In this document: positions 39,201-51,625 of the stretch, in pieces
Layout of the letters: the number at the start of each line of letters is the position of its first letter
Position numbering within the stretch: the first letter of the stretch is position 1
NCBI RefSeq assembly: GCF_964355755.1
Contig: NC_092672.1
Location: forward strand, 17,993,237-18,057,236
DNA length: 64,000 bases
Origin: Antedon mediterranea
Taxonomy: Eukaryota > Animalia > Echinodermata
Reading direction: 5' to 3'
The notes under the pieces: model-generated
Seen by the model: the letters and a program-made list of their open reading frames with translations, nothing else
The model's database searches: none
Told to the model about the DNA's origin: nothing
Translations under genes and position numbers: made by a program

Positions 39201-42200
39201 AAAAGAAAACAGTAGTGCTGTTGAACAGGAGAATCACAAGTTTAGAAGGTCGCAGGTAAGATAATGTATTTAAGGGTCTGTGTCTGCTGCATAACGCAAT
39301 TTAACCGGTTATTTTAAAATAGATTAAAAATAAATAACAATAACAAGACCGCGTTTCTGCTCAATTTGTGCTCCGAAATAACCGGTTAAATCTATGGGTG
39401 GTCGTCGAGCAAAACGTCATCATTACCCAAAATGCAATACACTCAGACGGAAGTAGTAAGTTGGCTGTTTGTTTACATCGACGTCAGTACACACGTGTGT
39501 GATATCGCCATCTTAAACATGTTAACATAATAAAATTTTGTCTCCAGGTCTACAAGTTTTGTTTTTTGTAAAGTCTACTTACCATCGTTAATAAAATTAA
39601 TTCTCATGGCGCCTTCAATAACATGGAGAGGGTCGTGCAGCGCCCGATCGCCTAGGATAATTTTTATCTAGCCTAATTCCTCAACAAAGGCGATGACACA
39701 CGGCCCTTCCCACGTGAACGACTGTTGTCTTTCGCGAGCGCGGTCCTACAAAAAACCAAACGGAAACAAAAATGAGACTCAGAATGTTGCAATACCTACC
39801 AAACGAGAGTAGATAATTGTTAATTAATTATGAAACCCCAACTTTTATAGCAAAAATCGTCCGAATTTATGTTTAAAACGACGAGTTTAGCCACAAAAAC
39901 TTAAATCAAACGAGAGTATCCAAGTCATAGAATATCGCACGCACATAGTGCCTTTAATAGAATAATCAGTATTAAACATTGTTTCGTATATTTATGTACT
40001 AACATAAATAATAACACATTTCTATGCTTATAAAATCATATTTAATATTATTATCAAAGGCTCTGATAACCTTTGTTTTCGGTCGATGTGATGTTTTTCT
40101 AAAAAAATTATATGTAAAACGATCAAAGTAGTAAGATTGTTCATTGTTTTACTATTAAAGGCTTTTAAGGGCGTGCCATAAATACGCTCGTTTGGATTAA
40201 GTTTTTGTTGCTAAATTCATCGTTTATAACATACATTCGGATGATTTTTGCTATAAAATTTGGGTTTTCATAATTAATTAACCATTATCTACTCTCGTTT
40301 GGTAGGTATTACTCTCGTTTGGTAGGTATTCGCAACATTCTGAGTCCCTTTTGTTTCCGTTTTGGTGTTTATATAGGACCATCCATACCCTTCGCGAGCG
40401 TGTACTAACACCTCAAATTGCTTAGCTTGGGTAGTCCCCGGAACTCCACCCCAAATTCCTCTTTTACTTTCGCAAAAATGCTCTTATTTATTATCTGTGA
40501 TTCTTTTCTATTGCCTGCCATCCTTCCCCGTACTTTCTCTCCCCCCCCCCCACACAACTGAATAACATAATTATCTTCATTCATCCACATACTGTACATG
40601 TTCACTTCTTCGTTCGACTGTCAAAACCACGAGGAAAACACACATCGTATGCGACGGTATCTGACCCGGGGTCACAACTGTCAATCAAATAACCGTTATT
40701 TCGTGTTGCAGCTAAGAATTGCTCAGCGATAACCGGTTAAACGGCGTTCTAACACCGATTTAAATTGGTGTTTTTAAACGGTTATTTTGCGCTGCCTTAT
40801 AACCGGTTACCACAAATTTGTCCTGTTTCTGCTGCCAAGAAAATGGAGTTAATTTATTCACACCGATTTTAATTTATTCACACCGATTTTAACCGGTTAT
40901 TTTTTATGCAGCAGAAACAGGCCCTAAAACTGTACTTCATATTTCTTTGTTAACCTTAATCCTTAACACCTTGTGTGCCTGTGTGAGATCACTAATGCAA
41001 TTACACTGAAGCTATTGCTTCTATATTCCTAATTTTATATAGTAGTGAGATGTGATAATTGTTTCAAAATTGACATTATTGTAAGTTCCTCTATTTAATT
41101 TGTCATTGAGGACCTGCCTTGTAATTGTATGCACTGTTCTGCTTCCACTTTTGTATTTTACCATTACAGACTATACTATTAAATATGATTTTACCTGCAA
41201 CACTAGGGTGCATATGGTACAAATGCTGGTGTGTGTGAATGGGGTATTAGTTACATTAGACCACAGATGGACTGCTAAGTAAAATGTGTTTAATTAAAAT
41301 GCAAACATCAATTTTTCTATTTGTTTTAGGAAGAAATTGTTGGCTTGAAACGCAAGGTAGAGCGATACAAAAGAATTGAGTTGACAAGCAGTGCTGATGA
41401 AGTCTTAATGGAAGAAATCAGAACATATAAGGTAAATGATTCAATACACTGTTACATAAAGCTAGACATACTAGGGAGGTTTTGCAACCTTATTAATACG
41501 ATATACAAAAACAGAAACATCAGTCATACATTTGATGTATTGTCCCTTGAAACACAAAAAATGAAGGTCAAAATATTCTAAATTGAAATTGGCCATATCA
41601 AAGTAATATTAAAATTCGAGCCAAAAACAGTTTAAAAACAAAAGTTTACATAATTACAGGTAAATGAATTTGATTACATTTCGTCTGGAAAATCGTCGCG
41701 AGCAAAAGTAAACAAAGATTTCAAACCATGAGTATGCATTATGCTAATTAGGATTGTTTACAACTCGTCGCAGTTGAGAAGGTGTTTTCACACAGATCGC
41801 GAGGAAGTTTTATGATTATGCATGAGTAGCCAAACAAGCGCGTTGCATTATGAGATATGTTTTGATCGTCTGTATTTCAGTGAAATAATTTTTTTTTTGA
41901 ATATTTTTATTTATTATTATTATTTTATTATACTATTATGATACTTCAAAATGACCCACTTTTTTTTCGAAATATTTTTGTTAAATTTTTTTGGAATTAG
42001 TCAAAGGGAATATACATCTTTAAACTTTTGAGCTTTCATATTCGTAAACCATAATTCGTGTTGACAAATATCACATTTGTATGTAGAAAACGAATATATT
42101 TTTAAATATATTTTATTTTTTTAAATTTTATTTTATAATTATAATATAAACATAGGTGTTTTATTAAAATAATATATATTGGATAAATATGGCAGTTCCC

Positions 42201-42590
42201 AGTTGCTCTGATTTTACCTTGGGTCTAGCTCACCCATGTAATGCATTATTTCATTGCCATGAATTGAATTTTTGTATAATAAATATATTATTATTTTTAA
42301 AGATAAAGAGTTTATAATTTTTTTTTATTCACAGTTCAATTCACAATCTTAATCTTGAAAAGTAATATAGAAATATTTTCATTCATTTTTTTTATTCAAT
42401 TTTTATATAGGATTTACTTACTTGCCCATGCTGCAAGAAAGGTCGAAAGAATGTCATTCTATCGAAATGTTACCACGTGTTTTGTTTTGATTGCATTAAA
42501 ACACGGTACGAGACAAGACAGCGAAAGTGCCCAAAATGTAATGCTGGTTTTGGTGCAAATGACTATCACAGGATTTGGTTAGACAGTTAA
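21293..42590 (+). CDS. BRE1: E3 ubiquitin-protein ligase Bre1 (RNF20/RNF40 orthologue), histone H2B monoubiquitination; about 926 aa
   Basis: Coding exons 21293-21421, 21553-21720, 21837-21996, 24011-24190, 24313-24431, 24659-24853, 28966-29091, 30708-30881, 30975-31110, 31455-31576, 36003-36244, 36592-36676, 37769-37951, 38183-38311, 38551-38760, 39115-39255, 41330-41431, 42411-42590. All GT-AG, phases consistent, 2781 nt in total. Diagnostic motifs: [76 protein letters not shown] and C-terminal RING TCPCC...[10 protein letters not shown]...RQRKCPKC. Confidence 0.97.
22488..23343. mobile_element. piggyBac-type MITE in a BRE1 intron
   Basis: TTAA|CCCTTTCACTGCG ... CGCAGTGAAAGGG|TTAA: perfect 13-bp TIR and TTAA TSD. 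Confidence 0.9.
24886..28740. mobile_element. Academ-like non-autonomous element, 3.9 kb, with long repeat-containing TIRs
   Basis: TAG...CTA termini and 4-bp TSD TAAA. 24886-25250 is inverted relative to 28375-28740; subterminal tandem units of about 125 bp extend to about 25640. Confidence 0.75.
29271..30291. mobile_element. Degenerate TIR element
   Basis: tccgggacgattcggccc (29271) is inverted relative to gggccgaatcgccccgga (30238). No TSD found. Confidence 0.45.
32378..32404 (+). CDS. BRE1: Candidate 27-nt in-frame microexon of BRE1 (LKHDFGNYK)
   Basis: catttcatttacag|CTTAAACATGATTTTGGAAATTACAAG|gtaaga. Strong acceptor and donor, phase 0-0 like the flanking exons, no stop codon. Confidence 0.6.
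32702..34914 (-). mobile_element. Internally deleted Academ (XPG-type) transposon in a BRE1 intron
   Basis: TIRs of about 350-400 bp starting TAGTC(G/A)GGCAGCATTTGT; flanks gta/ata (possible degenerate 3-bp TSD); encloses a decayed XPG-like plus CXC reading frame. Confidence 0.8.
33310..34363 (-). pseudogene. Decayed Academ XPG/FEN1-like nuclease and Cys-rich (CXC) C-terminus
   Basis: HTLEEGD (HEEAD-like), [30 protein letters not shown], then an in-frame TGA and [33 protein letters not shown]. Frameshift near 33775. Confidence 0.8.
39274..40924. mobile_element. PIF/Harbinger non-autonomous element in a BRE1 intron
   Basis: TAA|GGGTCTGTGTCTGCTGCATAA ... TTATGCAGCAGAAACAGGCCC|TAA: TAA TSD, subterminal TAACCGGTTA palindromes. 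Confidence 0.88.
41536..42023. mobile_element. Degenerate Kolobok-like MITE
   Basis: gatgtattgtccctt is inverted relative to aagggaatatacatct, which is followed by TTAA. Confidence 0.4.
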
Positions 42591-43132
42591 AAAAATTGGT
42601 AGTTTATGAAAGTGTTTAATTTAAAAATGGTGGTCATATGGTGTATTTAATTTCTGGTACTTTAGTGCTTTTAGCGTTTATTAATGAATTTTTTTTTACT
42701 AGAAGAGTGCTTTTAGGCTTAGTATTAGGTAATGTAAATGATGTTAAAAAGTGGTGTTTTCAATGTTGATTCTTTGAACTAGGCAACGTAGTAAGAATAT
42801 ACGCTGCCTGTTTAGTATACAAATAATGACTGTTTATTAGTGGTAATGGTAATGATAAAAATGGCATGAGGTGAATGATGACATTGGCCCTACTAAAACA
42901 TCACCAGATACCTCAGAGCAACAAATCCTACCACCAGAGAGCAGCCAACTGCTTGGAATGGATTATTAATGGTATATTACAAATTTCAAAGCTTAATTGT
43001 CAGAAACTGATAAAATTGAAGTTAAAAATTGAATTTCTGTCCATTGCAATTCTAGAATCTATTGCGTTCATCCGTGTCTCTTGTGTATTGTATTCCCCTG
43101 TCAACTGCGAGGTGCTACCGATGCATTTATTT

Positions 43133-43285
43133 GCTCAAATAAATTCTTTTCTGTACACTCGATCACTATAACATTTAAAAATAGATATATCTTTTTTGTT
43201 ACTCATTCAAATGCTCTTACAACATGTGGTCCAATAAAATAAGAAATTCTTTTCTGTACACTATAACAGTTAAATAAATAAAACT
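43133..43285 (+). terminator. Candidate BRE1 polyadenylation signals
   Basis: Several AATAAA hexamers (about 43138, 43233, 43273-43282) 0.55-0.7 kb after the stop codon. Confidence 0.35.
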
Positions 43286-43394
43286 ATACAACTATGTTCA
43301 CACAATTTGTCTCTTTTTTGTAGTAGAGATGTCAATATTGATATTTTTTGGTCCTTTTTTAAAGAAACCATAGAATTACTTCTGTCAGTAACGG

Positions 43395-43945
43395 TATTCT
43401 ACAGTACCGCACTTCTTCAATTAACAAATGAAATTGTTGGGACCTTCGAGGGGGGTGAACTTGCCATTGGTATTTTCATTGACCTCTCGAAGGCCGTTGA
43501 TACAATTGATCACGATATTTTATTATATCATCGGGCATCCTTCAGTCAAAATTGACTATGGAGACAACATTGGAGAGAATTTCATTCGTTATCCAGCGAG
43601 TCTGTTTGAGTTCCAGTAGCTGATCTAGATTTTCAGATACCTCTCTTCATTTTCCATACGATATCTTTCTTCGCTGTGTACAAGTCCTGCCTTGATACAG
43701 TCTTTCCATGATTTTGTTTAATTATGGAATCCATGGCCCTGCATATAATTTATTAAACTCTCAAACCGCAAGCTATGCACTAAATTTAAACATACCCTTT
43801 CTGATTTTCTTCATATTATTTGTTTATTATTTATTCCCTCAAGGTTCTCTGCTTGGGCCGCTATTATTTTTTATTATACATAAAGGATCCATAATGCCTT
43901 AAATATGTTTCTGATTCTGTTGTATGCTGATGACACAACCCTTTA
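43395..43945 (+). mobile_element. Degenerate LINE reverse transcriptase fragment
   Basis: STALLQLTNEI, GIFIDLSKAVDTIDHDILL, PQGSLLGPLLF and LYADDT in shifting frames. Confidence 0.85.
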
Positions 43946-44055
43946 ATTTTTTAAATACTTTTCTGCAAATAAACTTTCTGTTAATAAGAAGTGTTGTTGT
44001 ATGGTGTTCAAAGTTCAAAAATTCACAAATACCACTAAATACCAGTACTTTCAAA

Positions 44056-45745
44056 TCTATATATAAATTTACGTAAGGGCAAAATTCGGTAAATCGCGCG
44101 TTATTTCTAGAATGTTTACTCGATGGTATATAAAGTTGGTTCGTACTTTTGGTACTGATTTTAACCGCCTGATGTAACGCTGTTTACTAATTAAATTGAG
44201 TTCGATAATTAGTTATTGACGATTAAAACGAATTTAGGTTCAACGATTTGCCCCAAATAGGGGTGTTTTTCGATTGTGGTATACACTGTCTAATGGACGT
44301 CCGTCTTGAAAAATACCTGCAGACGATAATACGAGGATGCTTCGCATTTTCCTATCTCCTCCTACGATAATTGTTTTTAATGGCTGAAAACCGGTTGAAC
44401 AGCTCGAGTACAGCATCATAATGTTGAAGACAGGCCGATTTTCTTTAAAAAATACTATTTTGATAGATTTAATATACGTTTATACAAATGTATTGATTTG
44501 CGATGAATGGAACATTCGAATCTCTGTTCCACAAGTGTCTATTCCCTCAGGCGTCGTAAAGGCAAGTACTGTATACTCATAACAGAAATTCGATCCATTT
44601 TTTTTTTTCAATCTGTGCTGCAGAGGTTGGATATAAATTTTTTTTAAATGGATAAAGAGCTAGCGTTTTCACTCGCCGTATATTATGTATAAATCTTTAT
44701 TATTGCAGTTAAACCACCCACATCATCACCCTTCCCTCACTGGCATGAGTAGCGTTGTAAAACCAGTAGAGGATAGGCCTACGGTACATCACATGCCCTA
44801 AACGTAGAACAACTTTGGTGGGTAGGGTAGGAACCAACTTAAGTATGAATTGGCTCTAAGAAACAATTGAAAACCATTAGGCCTACTAATTAAGTTGAGT
44901 TAGATAATTTAATATTTATTGACGATTAAATCGAATTTATGATTTTCCCCGAATAGAGGTGGTTTTCATAAATTGTTTTACATTATACTGTATAAACATA
45001 TACACGTCGTAGTGATGTATCGTTACATGTAGGGCCTACTGTACTATTTCAATCGACTAGGACGGTGATTATTTGTAAAACATGAAAACAATAATAATAA
45101 TAATAACTGGTACTTGATATAGCGCATTATGCTGAAAGCCTCAATGGGGCCTCAATGCGCTTTACAAACACAGAACAATTTAGAAATTTACAAATTAAAA
45201 AGACACTGGTGGAAGTAGCCTGACGGATTTCAATAGACAACGCATTCCATAGAGAAACGGATGCCGAAGAAAATGAACGATTTCAATAAAACTTAGTGGA
45301 AGGATGAAATATATGGGCAAGAAGAGACTCAGATCTAGATCTCAGAGACCGCTTAGGAACATAAGGTTGAATAAGTTCAATTAATATTTCGTTACTAAAT
45401 GGATAAAGAATAATATTTAAAAATTGTTCCTCTTTGCACCCATCCTCTTCCCCATCCCTCAACCCTAATGTTACATACAAAACACAAATTAAGTTTGTTT
45501 AAATTTGACTTAAACAATTGGTCTCATTTTGTGACAAGTTTCTCTTTCGGAAGTAATTTCCATGGTGCTAATTTTAGTTGAGTACATAAATCACAGTGTC
45601 TATTTATTCGTTCCTGTAGGCTGTAAACGACATGTATTATTGTCCTGCGGTACGTACATTTGAAATCGCCAGTTTTTTAACGCTGAAATTATTATGTATT
45701 CGAGAACCATCTGTGGGCACGACCTAGATGGTACGCGAGCGAAGC
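44056..45745 (+). mobile_element. Helitron copy 2, lacking the last half of the 3' hairpin
   Basis: 44056-44525 closely matches 15358-15825 and 45383-45745 matches 16490-16824; the interior differs. Confidence 0.85.
45090..45382 (-). mobile_element. 5'-truncated L2-like LINE inserted in Helitron copy 2
   Basis: (TTA)n tail, gcgcatt...aatgcgc 3' stem, C-terminal LIQPYVPKRSLRS motif. Empty site aaaacaatatttcg at about 16486 in copy 1. Confidence 0.75.
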
Positions 45746-46379
45746 AAAGCAGTCTTCTTCATATTGTTTCTGATATTTTTGGTACTTTTTGATACTTTTT
45801 GTACTTCGTTACTGATTCTTTGTTGCCATTTTATTCAGCAGCACAAAGTAGTAGTGAGTGACTACCATCAATTGCTTTACAAAATATCTTTAATACTACC
45901 AAAAGGAGGATTAAATGTCCTCGATTTCTGGTACGCCAAGGTACACGAAGGATAAAAAAAGAAATTAAGTTACAGTAATATCATCGGAATTCATAATCTT
46001 GTAAAGAAAAATCATGTCGAAGGTCACAAATAATCATGGCAAGCTTTAGTTAAAAAGTGATTAAATTTACTTTTGACAAGCTCAATTTGGTGAGCCTGAC
46101 CTGGAGAGAATAGAGATAGAATTAAAAATAACAGGCCTAATAATGGTCCTATATAAAGAAAAAAGAGCCTTTCCATCTGCAATTTCTCCAGATCAGGTGC
46201 AACATTTTAGTTGGCTTTTGAAACAATTGAATTAACATGAAATCAAAAATTTAAAACAGAATCTAAAAAATGCCATGAACAGGACGGTATCAAGGACATG
46301 ATTAGAAATATGGTAGGCCTAATGAAATTTAACAGTTTTATTTTTTAAAGTGATGGATAACATTACCACTTTACACATG

Positions 46380-46718
46380 TAAATATTAAGCTCAAGTTTC
46401 CAGGTTCTAGCTTATTCAAAAAGTCTACTCAAGTCGTTGCATCTTGTGGAGATCACTCTGAACAACTTAATATCATCAGCAAATGTGGGTGAAAAAAACA
46501 GAAAGATCGTTAATGTATAAATTGAATAACAACAGGATCGAGCCCTGGGGAACTCCGTAAAGCACAGGTAGCCACAGAAGAGTCACCTTCTATAATGACA
46601 TATTGTTTACGGTTGGTAAGATAATCATTAAACCAGAAAAAGTGTCCACAAAGTCTGCTGATGTGTATTTTTGACAAGAGTAACTTGTGATTGACAGAAT
46701 CAAATTCTTTGAAAAAGG
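46380..46718 (-). mobile_element. Degenerate CR1-like reverse transcriptase fragment
   Basis: The reverse strand gives FDSVNH, GVPQGS, YINDL and FADDIK motifs. Confidence 0.75.
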
Positions 46719-46719
46719 T

Positions 46720-47011
46720 AGACTCCGTCGAAACAAATTGGGGAAAACCCGGTATTTTCGCTGAAAAGTTAGAAGTCTTCCATTTGTTTTGGCCTCACGA
46801 TTGATCGAAAGTGGGTGAATTACAGAAGAAAAACAAAAATATCAATCCGCGCGCAATGCATTTTGGGATAATTATTAAAATCGATTTGTTTTACATTTTT
46901 AACCATTTATAGGCGAAAAAAGTTATCGCAATAGGACCATATAGTATTATTTTTACATTAAATATAGTTTGTGATCTTAAATTAGATCTAAAAAATGTAG
47001 GGAAAGTGTCT
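46720..47011. mobile_element. Right half of the 17024-17650 Kolobok-like MITE
   Basis: Closely matches 17339-17650 and ends ...GGGAAAGTGTCT|TTAA. Confidence 0.8.
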
Positions 47012-47163
47012 TTAACCAGCACACAATATAGTAATTGTGGTTTATTGACTTTCACTATACAGTTAACTTAATAGCAACACAAACTTTAGTATTTCTGAAC
47101 AGTGGTTTGTAAACAGACATCTGATGCTATATTCGGCAGTCTAAAACGCCTGTAATAACATTT

Positions 47164-50100
47164 TCATTTTTTAATATCCCTAAATGTCAGATTTATTCTT
47201 GGCTGCTTAATAGATTGACTCTTGGGAAGTGAATGGTACCAGTACTTGTTAGTTGGGTAATTCATCATTAACAAGGTACCATGTTCAAGATCAACAGTTA
47301 CTGGCTTGATGCTCCTTTTGTTATTCTTTCTTCGTGTATCACCATGGCGAAATCTAAACAATCGTGTTTGACCCAATGAAATAGATGCAATTGGACTCAA
47401 TTCATTCATATCTTTCTCATCATCTTTGTGTTCACCGATGTAATCATTACCATCTGCATATCTAGTAACAAAGGAAACAAACAATACTTCAATATAGAGT
47501 TTAGTAGTGGGGCTCCTTAGACCAAAAATACTTCAAATTTGGTTAGAAGCATAACGCTTGGCATGGCAACTTGTATCAAAAATGTATTTATAAAATTTTG
47601 GACATTAGAAATGTGATGTGATGATACATCATCAATTGGATATTTTCATAAAAATTGATCTTGCTCCATGCTATTAATTACTAGCTAATTATTAAGATTA
47701 TTATAAAAATCCTTTGTAACATTAAAATGAGAAATACAATGGTATACCTGCCAACTCTCGCACATATTGCTTAAGTTTCACGCATGAGGGCTGATTTTTT
47801 AGGTCTTGCGCATATATGGCTATTTTCTCAAACATCCATAAAAAATATTTGGAAAAAATATTATTTTGAAAAAGTTAACTTAGGCCTACACATTATAAAT
47901 TTAGCATCAGATAGGCTTATGTTTATTTGGGCTAACAGCTAACTATTTAGTTAAAAATTAGAGGACGTTTTATATCGCAATTATATTTAGTTATCACAAT
48001 ATAGATGCCGCTATGTACATTTTCAATTTATTGTCTCGCTCATTGGCCACTGAAAAAGTTGGCAGGAATACAGTGGACGTAATAAAAGTATAGTGTTGTA
48101 CCTGTTAACCAAAACAAAACTAAAGTAAACTCCTGTAACTGATTGCAGATGATCTCGAAGATCTTTTAGGAACAGTGGCCATGGCAAAGCCGGAACATTG
48201 TTGCCTGAAAATTTGTATGTTAAACCTGTGTCACCATAAGAAACCTGTGTCAAGAGAATAGACAATCTCTAAACCAAACAGTGTGAAAAATTGTTTATTC
48301 TGCTTATATAAATTTAAAACAATACTACTACAGCAGTTATTGTGATTGTATAAGATCATCTTTTTTTTCTTATTAGTTATCCGCACTTGGCGGATAACTC
48401 TTTAAAATTTAAAAAGGCGCAAAATTAATTTCTAATCAACTTTCTACATGAATCATGACATTTTGCGCATGTCCAAAATTCCCATGTGTGTGCGAATTTT
48501 TACGTGAGCAAGTAGCGTTAAAAACATAATTGTTTTGCCTGAATTATGTATTTCAATTTTTCTAGTAATTTTACTAAATTTTATTTAAAATCATGTCATA
48601 CGAGCACATCGAATTAGACAATTCATGCAAGTTTTTTTTATGAAAATTTGTCAAAATAGTCTTACGCCCGTATTCTTAAACCGGACTTTAGTCGTAGTTC
48701 GAAGTTCGACTTGAAAAAGTCGTAGTTCGAGCTATTACTTCAAATTCGATTCAAAAACGAAGTAGTCGAAGTTTGCAGTTCGACTTAATGAAGTCGAGCT
48801 TTTAGTCGAGTTGCACACGTCTGGGTAACAAAGGCTATACATTGGCCAATGACAAGAGAGTATTTGAGGAGCAGACGAAATTTTGCGCATTGATATCACT
48901 TTCCATTTTTTTACAACACTTTTTACGCATCAGGACTATATACATGAAAAATAATTTTAATCGTTAATTATTAGAACAATATCAGTATTAATTTAACAGT
49001 GAAGTATATTTGATTAACAACAAACAAAATCTTCAAAATATATTTAGGAACCATGGCGGTACGGTAACTTTTATTTTGTCTAGGCCCCCAACAAAGTATG
49101 ATCGCGACGAACCACGCACTTCATAGCGTGACAAGAAAGCGCTAGGCCCCCTAAACATTTCATCGCGTGGTGAATTTCCGCATCTGCCATTGTCGCTATG
49201 GCGTCACGTAGTTCAAGTCGGACTTGCGCAAAGAAAATAATGTAATTTGTATACGGTTGTAAATAAAGATGATTTTCATTATTATAACTTATACCAATGT
49301 ATATTTAATTAAGCGAATATAAAAATAGATATTTCATTCATCAATATCTGGCCAATATAACAACTCAATGACTGTTACGTTTTTCATGAACGTCGTTTAA
49401 AAACCATTTAGTCGACCATTTAGCCTGCCCCCTCCAGGACTAAAAAAATCGATCAAAATCCGTCTCGATTTAGTCGAGGTTGGCCTGAATTAGTCGGCGA
49501 TTTAGTTGAAGTTCGTTTTATGAATTAAAATGACGTCATTTTTAAAGTTTTAGCTCGAACTACGACTAAAGTCCGGTTTAAGAATACGGGCGATAGTTTC
49601 TAGTTTCGTTTTTTTATTACATATTCTAGAAGTTAATGAGTTGTAGATATCGGATCATGCATCAATATGGCTAACAGGACATTGTGATGTCATCGTATGG
49701 CCACCCGAATATAAAATATAGGATTTTTGTTTCTTTCGTCATAGCTAATCACATTTAATAAAACGCATCTCCGCTTATCCGTACCTCGATTTCGTCAATA
49801 TTTTGATATTGTCTAGGTCAATCAATTTTCTTTCAGATGATCTTTTCAATTTTTATGACGTCATCATGTTCATAAGAGTGAATAACTTGGGTCACTTATT
49901 TTTATTGTTACAGTAAATTTCAACATGTTATAGCTCCTCAGAATGAAAAGAGATACTCATGATTAAAAGGTTTTCTGTTAGATGTTGAATTTTAAATATG
50001 AATTGATGTACAAATTTTGTGCATCGGATGTTGTGACGTCAATATATGGCCAGCTCAATTATAAAAGTCGTATTTTCTTTTTTTGCTTCATAGTCCATGA

Positions 50101-51035
50101 ACTTTAAAAGAGCGTGCATCTATATTATACGTATCCAAATTTCTTCAACACGTTAATGTTTTTGCAAGATAATTTTCTTCCAAAATTGCTATCTACATGT
50201 TTCATTTGATGTCATTTGATGACGTCATCATGTTAAAAATTGAAATAAAAGGCGGGTCCCGTTATTTTTACCTATTCTGCAGTGTATTTAGTATGTGTAC
50301 AGTAGACACAAAATAGGGAGAACACTAACATTTTATTTTCTTTAGGTCACAATGGCATAATCATTTTTCTGTGCGCAATATTCTAACGTATGACGTGCAC
50401 ATGGCATTTTACATTTTGTGATAAAATATTTAAAAAGCATTATTCATCATGAACCTAACCTGTTTTCTAGGAATATTAAACCACTTTCCAAATACCTTCA
50501 CCTTTGCAAGATCACCAGTAAAATATTCAATCTCTTCCTCACACTGTTTATATAAAGTATCAGCAGACATTTTATTAAGAAGTTGAATGTAATCACAATC
50601 AAAATTTTCCCCTAGTATCTTTTGTACTGATAAGCCAAAGTAAGGAGTTTTCAACTTTTGACCTGCTTTAATTAACTTCTGTGTAGAATCTATTTCAGTA
50701 CTTTCACATTCTTTGTTTGGTTTCTCTTTGTAGTCGTACTTTCTCTTTTTAGATGTCACTTTAAAGTCTGTATTTGTTGGTTTTGATGGCTTTCGCCAGA
50801 TCATTTTTCCTGATGTACTTGCATTTGCAGACTTATTTAAATGTACTGTCATATCTTGCTTTTTCAATAAAGTATCAGGAACTACATCACCACAACTTGA
50901 AGTAGAAATATTTTTCTCAAATTCAGAACTTCGTTTTGTTGTAGAGAAGTTAGACTTTTTATTAAATTGATCAATTTTTGAAAAAGTTAAATCTGGTTTT
51001 GCAACTGAACCCATGCTTTTGTATGTAGTTGTCAT
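47164..51035 (-). CDS. ALKBH2: DNA oxidative demethylase ALKBH2 (AlkB homologue 2), 338 aa
   Basis: Exons 50460-51035, 48102-48244 and 47164-47461, GT-AG and in phase. Motifs: KVKVFGKW.NIPRKQ, YGDTGLTYKFSG, FVLVNRY.DG.DYIGEHKDDE (HxD), IASISLG, WYHSLP (distal His), RINLTFR (2-oxoglutarate-binding Arg residues). Confidence 0.96.
48370..50410 (+). repeat. Dispersed repeat of about 2 kb filling the first coding-region intron of ALKBH2 (possibly Helentron-derived)
   Basis: Inverted homologue of 2610-4500; begins with the hairpin agttatccgc-acttg-gcggataact. Confidence 0.65.
48665..49592. mobile_element. Young Harbinger-like MITE nested in the previous repeat
   Basis: Perfect 38-bp TIR cgcccgtattcttaaaccggactttagtcgtagttcga; flanks tta/ata. 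Confidence 0.85.
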
Positions 51036-51270
51036 ACTGCTTCACTATTTTAAGTTTTCATGCAACTCAAACACTTTCTCAATGCATTATTCTTCATGAA
51101 GTGCTTATGGAAATCAAACTTTCATCATCAAGTAAGGCTGAAAAAAAAAAGCATTTATTATCAAATGGGGACTGTATTTTCCAGTTTGTTCCTAAAATAT
51201 GGGTTTAAATGAAACTGTTGAAGCAGACCTTTTTCATTGGAATCATCAATCAATTGGAATCTTGAATTGT

Positions 51271-51480
51271 GGGAAGACTGTCATACCAAAATCGGTCCGG
51301 GCCAAAATCGGTCTGGCGGACCAGTTTTGGCTGCCGAAATCGGTTCGGGGGACCATTTATGGCTCCCAAAACCTGCCTGGCCAGACGAATTTTAGCGCCT
51401 GGATAAAATTGGTCCAGGCAGTAAGACTGTTTTTGGCCACCAAATATGGTCCAGTCTTACAAATATATGGTGCGCAAAAT
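51271..51480. mobile_element. Terminal fragment of a TIR element with AAAATCGGTCC-type subrepeats
   Basis: Repeated ccaaaatcggtcc / ggaccagttttgg units; partner end not found. Confidence 0.45.
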
Positions 51481-51548
51481 TAGTCATTTATTAGAAATTA
51501 GATATTCAAATGATAATAATATGTATAACCCATTGTTTAATACCTACC

Positions 51549-51625
51549 CTGGGGCGGATCCAAGGGGGGGGGGGGTCCACGGGGTCCGGACCCCCCCTAA
51601 ATTTTAAGGGTGCCCTTTTTTTAAG
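51549..51625 (+). mobile_element. hAT-type left terminus
   Basis: C(T)GGGGCGGATCCAAGGGGG...GGGGTCCGGACCCCCC. A related right-end remnant ctggatccgtccatg lies at about 23445. Confidence 0.55.
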
